In this document: positions 19,414 through 28,850 of the stretch, one piece after another
How positions within the stretch are numbered: position 1 is the stretch's first letter
How the letters are laid out: every line of letters starts with the position of its first letter
DNA from: an uncultured Gemmatimonadales bacterium
Lineage (GTDB): Bacteria > Gemmatimonadota > Gemmatimonadetes > Gemmatimonadales > GWC2-71-9
Assembly (NCBI GenBank): GCA_963842945.1
Contig: CAWJIM010000023.1
Span: forward strand, 416,001-480,000
Direction of reading: 5' to 3'
Length of the DNA: 64,000 bases
Notes under the pieces: model-generated
Told to the model about the DNA's origin: nothing
What the model saw: the letters and a program-made list of their open reading frames with translations, nothing else
The model's database searches: none
Program-made: the position numbers and the translations under genes

Positions 19414-20715
19414 ATCTCAATATCCAATCTCTGGTACCTGTACAATGCTGCCCTGCGCCGCGGGGCCGAGCAGTGGAGCTCGCCGGCGCGTCTGAGGCAG
19501 CTTCGTGCTCACCGGCTTCGCCGCCTGGCGACGCGGGCCTCGAAGGTTCCCTACTACCAGGACGCCTTTGCCCAGGCCGGCGTTCGGCTGGATGATTTCC
19601 ACGATGAAGCGGTGCTTCAACAGCTCCCCTTCCTGACCAAGGCCATCCTGCAGGAACAGTTCGATCGTGCCGGCCTGACGAACGAAGCAGGCTTCGAGGT
19701 GGTGACCTCCGGCTCCACCGGTGAGCCGCACCGGGTTTTTCGCACGGACCGCGACCAGGCCGAAATTTCCGCGGTCTGGGATCGGCTGTTTGTGGCTTTC
19801 GGGCGTCGCCGGTGGGATAGACAGGTAAACATCGGGAGCGGCCGGCCGATTGGAAAGCAGGGACCGGTGGCGATGCTGCGCCATTTGGGTGTCCTTCCTC
19901 CGCTGCACCAGCTCTCCAGCTTCGACCCGCCCAAACAGCAGATCGATCTCCTCCGGCGGGTGCGGCCCCACATGATCAGCTCGTACGCCGTTGCTCTCGA
20001 GGATCTATCCGAAGCCGTGCTCGAGGCTGGCGTACGCGATATACAGCCGCGGCTGGTCTACAGCAGCGCGATGGCCCTGAGTGACCGATGTCGCCGGCTC
20101 TGTAAGGAAGCTTTCGGAGTGCGTCCGCTGGACGTGTACGCCACGGTGGAAATCGGTCCGGTGGCGTGGGAGTGTCCCCATCGCCCGGGGGCACTCCATC
20201 TCAACGACGATGTGCAGATCGTTGAGGTGGTCGATGTGGATGGGCAGTCGCTTCCCGATGGGGCGGTGGGCGAAATTGTGATCACCCAGCTGAACTGCTT
20301 TGCCCAGCCGCTGATCCGCTATCGGATCGGAGATCTAGGTTACAGGATTCCCGGACGTTGCTCCTGCGGCCGAGGTCTTGGGCTGATGGGACCGGTAGCC
20401 GGACGAACCAAGCATACGATTCGCACCGCCGATGGCCGGATGCTCAACTCGGCCGTGGTAGGCTCCTGTATTTCGCCGTTCCGGGAGGTGCGCCGCTGGC
20501 AGGCCCGACAGCTCGCGGCTGATGCGTTGCGAGTCCTCCTGGTTCCGACCGGGGAGTGGAGCGACAGCAGTCTCGAACAGATTCGCCTGAGTCTCCAGGC
20601 CAAGCTGGGTGGGAGTCTGGAGGTCGACCTCGAGCTGGTCAGCGAAATTCCGCTCGCACCGAATGGAAAGGTCCAAACCATCGTCCCATTCGACGGCTAC
20701 TTCACGAGCTCCTGA
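19414..20715 (+). CDS. Phenylacetate-CoA ligase-like (PaaK/CapK) adenylate-forming enzyme
   Basis: VPYY..F, LPFLTK, TSGSTGEP, YATVE, PLIRYRIGD, GRT, PNGK; frame is open upstream of the ORF-track start (19612) back to the stop at 19402-19404. Confidence 0.85.
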   Translation: MSISNLWYLYNAALRRGAEQWSSPARLRQLRAHRLRRLATRASKVPYYQDAFAQAGVRLDDFHDEAVLQQLPFLTKAILQEQFDRAGLTNEAGFEVVTSGSTGEPHRVFRTDRDQAEISAVWDRLFVAFGRRRWDRQVNIGSGRPIGKQGPVAMLRHLGVLPPLHQLSSFDPPKQQIDLLRRVRPHMISSYAVALEDLSEAVLEAGVRDIQPRLVYSSAMALSDRCRRLCKEAFGVRPLDVYATVEIGPVAWECPHRPGALHLNDDVQIVEVVDVDGQSLPDGAVGEIVITQLNCFAQPLIRYRIGDLGYRIPGRCSCGRGLGLMGPVAGRTKHTIRTADGRMLNSAVVGSCISPFREVRRWQARQLAADALRVLLVPTGEWSDSSLEQIRLSLQAKLGGSLEVDLELVSEIPLAPNGKVQTIVPFDGYFTSS

Positions 20716-21137
20716 ATCCGGCTGGCGATCGCCTTCCGAAGGCGCTGGTTTCGGGTGATCACCAGGACGGTATCGTCGCCGGCGATGGTGCCGATGATCT
20801 CAGTCCAACCAGCCTGATCGAGAGCCTCGGTTATCGCCCCCGCTGAACCACTTGCCGTCTTCAATATCAAAAAGGGCCCCACCCCGTCGACGCTGACCAA
20901 CAACGTCGGGAGAACCTGACCCAGCTCCGGACGCACCGCACCCCGATGGGGGTGGGTGTAATACGCGCCTCCAGAATCGGCCAGCTTGGCCAAGCCCAGC
21001 TCTCGGATATCCCGAGAGAGCGTCGCCTGGGTGACCAGGATGCCGACTGAGGCCAGAGCCTCCTTCAGCTCGTCCTGACTCTCGATCCGGCGTTCGCGGA
21101 TGACCCGCAGGATTGCCGCCTGCCGCTGGGTTTTCAT
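20697..21137 (-). CDS. argR: Arginine repressor
   Basis: RQAAIL..I..Q.EL, VTQATLSRDIRELGL, GTIAGDDT. Confidence 0.95.
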   Translation of the reverse strand: MKTQRQAAILRVIRERRIESQDELKEALASVGILVTQATLSRDIRELGLAKLADSGGAYYTHPHRGAVRPELGQVLPTLLVSVDGVGPFLILKTASGSAGAITEALDQAGWTEIIGTIAGDDTVLVITRNQRLRKAIASRIQELVK

Positions 21138-22369
21138 TCGGAGCGGTGCACCTCCATTCCACCCACGTACGTTCGCAGTACGTCATCCGGCGAGCTGGCC
21201 AGAACTCGTTCCGCTGGAGTCTCACCGGTGTCAGCCACTCTGATCACGGTGCAATCGGCCCATTTTCCCGGTTCGAGGCTCCCCACCTCGGCCTGCAGAT
21301 TGAGCGCTCGAGCACCCTCAATCGTGCAAAGCCCCAGCTGCTGATCGGCCGTGAGTGCCGCATCCTTGCCCGCCATTCGCGCCTCGGCCAGCAGATCGAG
21401 GCGGCCCACGCTGACGACCGAGTCTGTGCCCAAGCCGACCCGTACACTGGCCGCAAGCATGGACGTAATCGGGGCTGTGCCGTGGCCGTGCGCCCGGTTG
21501 GAGATCGGGCAATGCGCCACGGCCGCGCCGGAGTCGGCCAGGACCCGAATGTCTGCCGGCCCGAGTTGCACCGCGTGGATGCAGAGGGTCAGCGGAGAAA
21601 GTACGCCACGCTTTGCCAACCAGGCTATCGGGCTCATTCCCCGTGAGGGCGGAAGCGGAATATTCCGCTCTCGCCACGCCTGAGCGAAAGGCCCGGAGCC
21701 CGCCAGCAGAAATTCGGTTTCTTCGGTCGACTCGGCGGCGTGCACGGCCAGAGGAAGGCGCTCCTGTTGCGACCATGCCGCCACCGAGCTGAAAAGGCCG
21801 GCGCTCACGGTGTACGGGGCGTGGGGAGACACTCCAATCCGGAGTCGGGGCGAGGTCAGGCTCGAGAGCTCCTGGACCCGACGTTGGAGACCGGCCAGGC
21901 TTTCCTCCGCCTGAGAGGGATCTGGGCCAAAAACCTCCTGGTACGCGATGCCTGAGCCGCCTGCCTCGGCAAGCACCCGGACCACGGCACCCGAATCTCC
22001 GGTGTCGGCGATCGTGGTAACACCGCCTGCGTAGCAGTCGGCCAGGCCCTGCCGGGCAGCCCGCAGGTAATCGTCGGACGTGCGGGTGGTCTTGAGCTGC
22101 CGCAAACTTCGGATCCAGGCCGGAAACTCAGGGGCGGTAACCTGGCCTTCGAAGCCGGTGAGCTCCAGGTGTGTGTGGGTGTTGATCAGGCCGGGAAGGA
22201 GTGCAGCGTCGGGAAAATCGAAGGCCGGCACAGCGGGGGGCCGGGGTACTGCGCGGTCAGGACCAATCGACTGAATCCGGCCGTCGGCACCGACCAGGAC
22301 TGCGCCACGCTCGATCGGCGCACCGGCCATGGGAAGGACCCAGCCCGCGGCTATCCGCCGCTGGCGCAC
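21134..22369 (-). CDS. Amidohydrolase (MTA/SAH deaminase-like)
   Basis: PGLINTHTHLE, SPHAPYTV, HAAES, HCPISN, GLGTDS, GSLEPGKWAD; GTG at 22369 next to the PBP stop. Confidence 0.9.
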   Translation of the reverse strand: MRQRRIAAGWVLPMAGAPIERGAVLVGADGRIQSIGPDRAVPRPPAVPAFDFPDAALLPGLINTHTHLELTGFEGQVTAPEFPAWIRSLRQLKTTRTSDDYLRAARQGLADCYAGGVTTIADTGDSGAVVRVLAEAGGSGIAYQEVFGPDPSQAEESLAGLQRRVQELSSLTSPRLRIGVSPHAPYTVSAGLFSSVAAWSQQERLPLAVHAAESTEETEFLLAGSGPFAQAWRERNIPLPPSRGMSPIAWLAKRGVLSPLTLCIHAVQLGPADIRVLADSGAAVAHCPISNRAHGHGTAPITSMLAASVRVGLGTDSVVSVGRLDLLAEARMAGKDAALTADQQLGLCTIEGARALNLQAEVGSLEPGKWADCTVIRVADTGETPAERVLASSPDDVLRTYVGGMEVHRSE

Positions 22370-22370
22370 C

Positions 22371-24770
22371 TCAGCGCGGGGGATTGGGAACTGGCCCAGC
22401 TCCCCCCATAACTCCTGCCGTACCGCCACTCGTCGCTGTGCCGCCATTGGGAGGCGGCGGACCCGGCGAGCCGGCCGGCGGCGCGGCTGGAACCGTTCCC
22501 GCCGCTGGCGCCGCATCCGGGCCGCTCCCCCCCATCACCCCGCCCATGGAGCCGAAGGGAGAGTGCACCGGACAGAATGCCGTCGGCTCAGTGCCCGGAA
22601 TGAAGGACTCGATGTAGTGAACGTCCTTGGGGCAGAACGGTGTCGCCTTGTAACCGGTGGTCTTGTCCACGTCCAGGGCGGTCAGTCCCGCCGGCCGCGA
22701 CCACGCTGCAGGTATGCTCCGCCGCTCGTACACCTCGCGCATCATGGCGGTCCAGGCCGGTGCCGCCAGGACGCCCCCCTGCGCGTTGCCCTTGATCTTC
22801 TGCGGCTGATCGAAGCCGATCCACACTCCGGTCACCATTTCCGGGGTGAAGCCGATGAACCAGACGTCGAATCCGTCGTTGGTGGTTCCGGTCTTGCCGC
22901 CAGCCGGGAAATTGATCCGGGAGCCGACCGACCCCACGGCAGTGCCGTGGCGGACCACGTCGCGCAGCGCATCGGTCATGAGCCAGGCGTGCAGGGTATC
23001 CATGACGGCTGCTGTACGGATTGTCGGCTGCCAGATGATCTTGCCGCTCCGGTCTTCGATCCGGAGTATCCCGTTGGGCATGGTGCGGGTGCCCAGGTTG
23101 GCAAAGGTGGTGTAGGCCGCGATCATCTCCAGGGGGATCACGTCGGCCGAGCCGATGTGAATCGACGGGAACGCCGGGACCCGGGTGGTGAGCCCGAACT
23201 TCTGCGCCTCGGCTATGACCGCCTGCTCTCCTACCTCCATGCCCAGCTTGATCGCAATGATGTTCCGCGAGAGGTAAAGCGCTCGCCGGAGCGTCATCGG
23301 ACCATCGAACTCGAGGTCGTAGTTCTGTGGCGCCCAGGGTGGCTGGGCGGGGTCGAGCTCTACGCTGAGGGGATCGTCTACCATGACATGGGAGAGGGGA
23401 TAACCCGCCTCCAGCGCGGCGGAGTAGACGATGGGTTTGAAGGTGGAGCCAGGCTGACGCAGCGCCTGGGTAGCCCGGTTGAACTTGCTGTCCTCGAAGT
23501 CCCGCCCGCCTACCATAGCCCGGATGTAGCCGGTCTTGGCCTCGAGGGTGACGACCAGACCCTGGAGATAAGGACTGGGACTCCGGCTGTTGTTGTCGGT
23601 GTTGTCGCTCTTGGACTCGAGATACTGACGGTAGGTATCGTGAGGAAATTTCCCGTCGGCACCGCTCTCGATGGCCTCCAGCCGGGCCTCGAGCGCACGC
23701 TCGGCGGCTTGCTGGATGTCAAGATCCAGCGTGGTGTAGATCCGGTAGCCCGAGGTATACAGATCCCGGCCGAATCGAGCCTCGAGCTGCTGCCGTACGT
23801 ACTCCACGAAGTATTCCGCCACGCCGCTGTAATCGGAGTGCGACGACAGGAGCAGGGGGTAGGCCTTCCACCGCTCCGCCTCTTCCGTGTTCAACAGCCC
23901 GCTGTCCCGCAGCAGGTTCACCACGGTATTGCGGCGCTGAACGTTGGCGTTGGGATTCCGCCGAGGGTTGTAGCGGGAAGGAGCTTTGGGGATGGCCGCC
24001 AGCGTTGCGGCCTCCGCGACATTCAGCTCCCGAACCGACTTCCCGAAGTAGCGCTGCGAAGCTGCCTCGACTCCATAGGCGCCATTTCCCAGGGGAATCT
24101 GGTTCAGGTAAATCTCGAGGATCTTGTCCTTGGGATATTTGCGCTCGATCTCCCGGGCGACGTGCGCTTCTCTCAGCTTCCGGGTAACCGACTTGTCCCG
24201 CCCACTGATGTCTTCGTCCCAAATGTTGCGGGCCAGCTGCATCGTGATGGTGGAGAACCCTTCGGCAAAGCGCAGCTGAAAGATGTTGGTCTTGATGGCC
24301 CCAAAGACCCGGTACCAGTCGATCCCGTGGTGCTGGTAGAACCGCTTGTCTTCCGTCGCCAGGAAAGCGGCCTTCACATAGGGCGACATCTCTCCCAGCG
24401 GGATGACGGTTCGCCGCTCCAGCCCCAGGTCGGTGATGAGCCGTCCGTCTGCGGCATAGACCTTGGATGCCTGATTCGGGTCATAGCCACCCAGCTCGTC
24501 GATCGACGGACAGGTATTCCCCGCACAGGCGCGGCTCCAGGCCGCGGCCAGGAATGCCAATCCAAAGGCAAAGATGGCGAGCAACCCGACGAGGATGTTC
24601 CGCCGGGCTCGAGGAGACAGCCGCATCCCCTTGAGCGATTTCCAAGGCGAGCCTCCGGACTTCACCGGCGGGCGTCCGAAGCGCCGGAACGGAGGTTCCC
24701 GGGTTGGCGCTGGGTCGACGTGCCGATCGAATGGATCCAGAGGGTCAGGCGGATCCTGGGGGTGGGTCAT
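22371..24770 (-). CDS. mrcA: Class A penicillin-binding protein 1A
   Basis: EDKRFYQHHG, GFSTITMQL, RKLRE, YLNQI transglycosylase motifs; STFK, SRN, KTGT transpeptidase motifs. Confidence 0.93.
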   Translation of the reverse strand: MTHPQDPPDPLDPFDRHVDPAPTREPPFRRFGRPPVKSGGSPWKSLKGMRLSPRARRNILVGLLAIFAFGLAFLAAAWSRACAGNTCPSIDELGGYDPNQASKVYAADGRLITDLGLERRTVIPLGEMSPYVKAAFLATEDKRFYQHHGIDWYRVFGAIKTNIFQLRFAEGFSTITMQLARNIWDEDISGRDKSVTRKLREAHVAREIERKYPKDKILEIYLNQIPLGNGAYGVEAASQRYFGKSVRELNVAEAATLAAIPKAPSRYNPRRNPNANVQRRNTVVNLLRDSGLLNTEEAERWKAYPLLLSSHSDYSGVAEYFVEYVRQQLEARFGRDLYTSGYRIYTTLDLDIQQAAERALEARLEAIESGADGKFPHDTYRQYLESKSDNTDNNSRSPSPYLQGLVVTLEAKTGYIRAMVGGRDFEDSKFNRATQALRQPGSTFKPIVYSAALEAGYPLSHVMVDDPLSVELDPAQPPWAPQNYDLEFDGPMTLRRALYLSRNIIAIKLGMEVGEQAVIAEAQKFGLTTRVPAFPSIHIGSADVIPLEMIAAYTTFANLGTRTMPNGILRIEDRSGKIIWQPTIRTAAVMDTLHAWLMTDALRDVVRHGTAVGSVGSRINFPAGGKTGTTNDGFDVWFIGFTPEMVTGVWIGFDQPQKIKGNAQGGVLAAPAWTAMMREVYERRSIPAAWSRPAGLTALDVDKTTGYKATPFCPKDVHYIESFIPGTEPTAFCPVHSPFGSMGGVMGGSGPDAAPAAGTVPAAPPAGSPGPPPPNGGTATSGGTAGVMGGAGPVPNPPR

Positions 24771-24825
24771 ACGCGCAAGCTAGCCAATTGCTATGCTCGA
24801 TTCCAGCGGGTACCATGAACGTCCT

Positions 24826-26094
24826 ATGAACGAACTGCTCAAAACTTTGACGGCGCGGGGGCTGCTGCAGGACGCCACGGCCGGGCTGGAGCAGCGACTG
24901 GAGCAGGGACCGCTTACGGCGTATGTCGGCCTGGACCCTACGGCCGATTCGCTTCACGTGGGCAGCCTGGTTCCCATTATCGGCGCAGCCTGGCTCCAGC
25001 GTTACGGCCATACGCCGATTGTGCTGGTGGGTGGGGGAACCGGCATGATCGGCGATCCCAGTGGGAAGCGGTCCGAGCGGCCGATTCTGCCGATAGAGGA
25101 GATCGATCGGAATGCCGAAGCCATTCGGCGCCAGGTGAGCCGCTTTCTCGATTTCGACGGCGCGGAACGGACCGCGGCGCGGCTGAGGAACAATGCCGAA
25201 TGGCTTCGGCCCCTCGGCTTGATGGAGTTTCTCCGCGACACCGGTAAGCACCTGACCCTTGGCTTCATGCTGCAGAAGGAGAGCGTCCGAAGCCGATTGG
25301 AGACCGGGATCAGCTACACCGAATTCAGCTACATGGTCATTCAGGCCTACGACTTCTGGCACCTGTTCCGGACCGAGCGCTGCGAGCTGCAGATCGGCGG
25401 CAGCGACCAGTGGGGCAACATCACCGCCGGTATCGAGCTGATCGGCAAACGCGACGGCCGGCAGGCTTACGGTCTGGTGTTTCCGCTGATCACCAACACC
25501 TCGGGCAGCAAGTTCGGAAAGAGTGAGGCGGGGAATGTCTGGCTCGATCCGTCCAAAACCAGCCCGTACCAGTTTTATCAATTCTGGATCAACACCGACG
25601 ACCGGGATGTCGAACGCTATCTCAAGCTCTTCACTTTCCTGCCCCTCGATGAGATCTCGGCAGTGATGTCAGCCCAGGCCGCAGATCCAGGCAAGCGGCC
25701 AGCCCAACGCAAGCTGGGATTCGATGTCACTCAGCGGGTGCATGGAAAGGATGCTGCAGATGAGGCGGTCCGTACCAGCGCGGCTTTATTCGAGGGGAGG
25801 GCTCAACCGGGACTGGACGGACTGCTCCCCGAAATGCCGACTCGACAAGTCTCCCGTTCCGCCCTGGGCGGAAGAATGCCAGTGCTCGATCTGCTGGTTG
25901 CCAGTGGTCTGGCCAGCTCGAAGGCCGATGCCCGCCGAGGCATCCAGGGAAAAGGCTTCTATCTCAACGACGAGCCGATCGAAGCCGTGGATCTCCACCT
26001 GGCCGACGAGCAGTTGCGGGGCCCGCCTGAGAGCCGATTCGTAATTCTCCGAAAGGGAAAGAAGAACTACGTCAGGCTGGTGCTGCTGCCCTGA
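24826..26094 (+). CDS. tyrS: Tyrosine--tRNA ligase
   Basis: YVGLDPTADSLHVGS, QIGGSDQWGNI, KFGKS, C-terminal S4-like domain (RKGKKNY). Confidence 0.97.
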   Translation: MNELLKTLTARGLLQDATAGLEQRLEQGPLTAYVGLDPTADSLHVGSLVPIIGAAWLQRYGHTPIVLVGGGTGMIGDPSGKRSERPILPIEEIDRNAEAIRRQVSRFLDFDGAERTAARLRNNAEWLRPLGLMEFLRDTGKHLTLGFMLQKESVRSRLETGISYTEFSYMVIQAYDFWHLFRTERCELQIGGSDQWGNITAGIELIGKRDGRQAYGLVFPLITNTSGSKFGKSEAGNVWLDPSKTSPYQFYQFWINTDDRDVERYLKLFTFLPLDEISAVMSAQAADPGKRPAQRKLGFDVTQRVHGKDAADEAVRTSAALFEGRAQPGLDGLLPEMPTRQVSRSALGGRMPVLDLLVASGLASSKADARRGIQGKGFYLNDEPIEAVDLHLADEQLRGPPESRFVILRKGKKNYVRLVLLP

Positions 26095-27308
26095 GTAGAC
26101 CGTCCAGCATCTGCACGAACCGCAGGTTCAGCTGCTGAATGTCATCCCGTTCCACCCGCCTTCTGGCGGCGGTCACCATCGGTAGCCAGACGTCGGCTCG
26201 AGCAGCCAGCGTTCGAACCCGGTCGGCGATAGCAGCGGCATCGTGTTCGGGAACGAGGTAGCCGGTAACGCCGTCCTCGATCAGCTCCGGAATACCGCTG
26301 TGCAACGATCCGATCACCGGGAGACCAGCCGCCATCCCCTCCCGGAGCACGTTGGGAATCCCTTCCTGATCACCATCGGCGGCCGTGACGCACGGGGCGA
26401 GTAGCACGTCGGCCGCATCCAGGGCTGCCTGCACCTGAGCCTGGGTCTGCCACCCCGAGAAGCGGACCCGCGATTGAAGCCCGAGCTGTTCTGCTTCGAG
26501 TTGGAGGCGTGGCTTGAGTGGGCCGTCGCCCACGATCTCGTAGCCCACTTCCAGCCCCGCGTTCCTCAGTTTATTGACTGCCTGCAGCACGTAGGAAATA
26601 CCCTTCTTCTCGACCAATCGCCCAACCGTGATCAGCCGGAGCGCCCCGGGGGGCGAGCTCGGGGGCGAAAGGGGAATCGGGTCAGGTTGATGCCGGTGTG
26701 ATGCACCACGACTTTATGCGACGGGCAGCCCAAGCTCCGCAGCCGAGCCGCAAAGGCATCGCATACCGGCAGAAACAGCTCTCCTTCGCGGAACACCTTG
26801 CGATACACCTCGGCTCCTCGTTGCGCGAGATAGCGCGAGAAGTCGGACCCGCGAAAGGCCGTGACCAGCTTCCCCCTCAGCAGCCCAGTTTGCGGTACCG
26901 GAGACTTCTTCGAGCGTCCTGCGCAAACGGGCAGTAGCAGATGTCGTAGGATTGCTGAGGTAGAAAGGGCGCCGTTCGTCGAAGCTGATCCAGAGATGTA
27001 GCGCGACGCCAAAAGACGAGCGGATTCAAGGTGCGCAACAGGGTCGCCCGATCTTGGCCGCGGTGGCGCCGGATCAGGCGAAAGACTTCGCGCCATCGCT
27101 CGATCGGTGCAGTGGGAAGCTGAATCGGATAACGGGTCCGGTCGAGCAATCCGAGTCGCGCAATGTCCGGGTGGGCCGGAACCCCCGGCTGGGGCTGGTC
27201 GGCGTAGATGTCGACCTCATGGCCCAGCTCGACCAGACCGGTGACCTGGTTGAGAAATGGCGTTTCCCAGAGCACTGGGAAAAGTCCGGTGAGAACCGCA
27301 ATGCGCAC
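26072..27308 (-). CDS. GT4 glycosyltransferase (colanic-acid WcaL-like), frameshifted into three ORFs
   Basis: FPVLWETPFLNQV; KLVTAFRGSD; LVEKKG..DGDQEGIPNVL.EGMA in successive frames. Confidence 0.8.
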
Positions 27309-27311
27309 CGG

Positions 27312-28850
27312 TTACCAGCGGCTTTGGCGGCGCGTACTCTGTCGAGGGGGTTTGGCGCCGAGCAGGCCGAACAGTCCGCGAACCACTTCGCGGATTACCG
27401 TTCGGCCCGCCGTCGAGGACACTACGTCGCCCGCCACTTCGGCCATGCTCTTCTCGGCGGATCCACGGCGCGGGGCTGTGTCCGGCGTCGACTCCGCCGG
27501 CGACGTTCGGGCCAAACGAGCGGCGAGCATCTCGCGTGCACTCTCTCGATCGACCGGCTTCCCGTACTCGGCCAAAAGATCCGATTGCCGGATGTCGGCC
27601 TGGAGCTCCTCCGGGGTGAGCGGCGCCATGCGTGAAGCCGGCGGAATGAGCCGGGTGGCCACCACCGGGCTCGGTACGCCGCGGCGGTCGAGCACCGTCA
27701 CCACCGCCTCACCGATGCCGAGTGACGTCAGCGTTTGCGCGAGATCGTAGAATGATGTCTTGGGGAAGGTACGCACCGCAGCCTTGAGCGCCTGTTCGTC
27801 GTCAGGCGTGTGCGCCCGCAGTGCGTGCTGCACCCGGTTTCCCAGCTGGGCCAAGACGTCCTGCGGTACGTCTTTCGGGGTCTGGGTGACAAAGAACACG
27901 CCAACTCCCTTCGACCGGATCAGCCTCACCACCTGTTCGACCTGATCGAGAAAGGCTCTGGGTGCTTCCTCGAAGAGGAGATGGGCCTCATCGAAGAAGA
28001 AGACCAGCTTCGGCCGCGGAAGGTCGCCCACCTCAGGCAGGTTGTGGTACAGCTCCGCCAGCAGCCACATCATGAAGGTCGAGAACAACCGGGGTTTGTC
28101 GGCCACATCGGGCAGCTCCAGGCAGGTCACGATCCCCCGCCCTTCCGACGTGGTCCGCAGCATGTCTTTGACATCGAACTCCGGCTCGCCGAAGAACTGT
28201 CCCGCGCCCTGGGCTTCGAGCTCCACCATCTTCCTGAGCAGTACGCCGACTGTTGCCGCCGACATTCCACCATACTGATCCAGCGCCGACTTTCCGGTAT
28301 CCGAAGCGAGAAACTGGAGCAGGGAGCGCAAATCGGGGAAATCCAGCAGCGGGAGATGATTGTCGTCGGCGTAGCGGAAGACCATGGTGAGCACGCTGGT
28401 CTGGGTCTCGTTCAGCGAGAGCACCTTGCCCAGCAACAGTGGCCCGAACGAGCTGACCGTCGCCCGAAGTTGCACGCCGAGTCTGCCGGTAAGGCTCACG
28501 AACTCCACCGGCACACCTTCGGGCTTCCAGTCCCACCCGGTGTCCGCCGCGCGTGCTCGAATCCGTTCGTCAGCGACGCCTGGCGTGGCTAGTCCGGACA
28601 GATCGCCCTTCATGTCGGCCACGAAGACCGGAACCCCCTGCCGGGACAGTTGCTCGGTGAGCAGCTGCAGAGTCTTGGTCTTGCCGGTTCCGGTCGCACC
28701 GGCGATCAGGCCGTGGCGGGTAACCATGGCCAGCGGCAATCGGATCTTTGGCTGCTGGTGTATCCGGGTCCCCTCCAGCGCCGCGCCGAGGGTCAGACCC
28801 GGCTCATCGCCGCCGTACCCATCCTTCAACATGTCGGTAAATGCAGTCAT
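27312..28850 (-). CDS. DUF853 (YjgR-like) HerA-like P-loop ATPase
   Basis: RHGLIAGATGTGKTKTLQ, DMKGDLSG, FFFDEAHLLF, RSKGVG, QLGNRVQHALRA. Confidence 0.92.
   Translation of the reverse strand: MTAFTDMLKDGYGGDEPGLTLGAALEGTRIHQQPKIRLPLAMVTRHGLIAGATGTGKTKTLQLLTEQLSRQGVPVFVADMKGDLSGLATPGVADERIRARAADTGWDWKPEGVPVEFVSLTGRLGVQLRATVSSFGPLLLGKVLSLNETQTSVLTMVFRYADDNHLPLLDFPDLRSLLQFLASDTGKSALDQYGGMSAATVGVLLRKMVELEAQGAGQFFGEPEFDVKDMLRTTSEGRGIVTCLELPDVADKPRLFSTFMMWLLAELYHNLPEVGDLPRPKLVFFFDEAHLLFEEAPRAFLDQVEQVVRLIRSKGVGVFFVTQTPKDVPQDVLAQLGNRVQHALRAHTPDDEQALKAAVRTFPKTSFYDLAQTLTSLGIGEAVVTVLDRRGVPSPVVATRLIPPASRMAPLTPEELQADIRQSDLLAEYGKPVDRESAREMLAARLARTSPAESTPDTAPRRGSAEKSMAEVAGDVVSSTAGRTVIREVVRGLFGLLGAKPPRQSTRRQSRW

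Noticed and set aside
22329..24818. 829-aa plus-strand ORF and other long antisense ORFs (e.g. 54475..55653, 56105..57286)
   Set aside because: Shadow frames of well-supported genes in GC-rich DNA, with no recognisable motifs
24771..24825. T-box leader for tyrS
   Set aside because: Only ~55 nt separate the divergent mrcA and tyrS starts, too short, and no T-box motif
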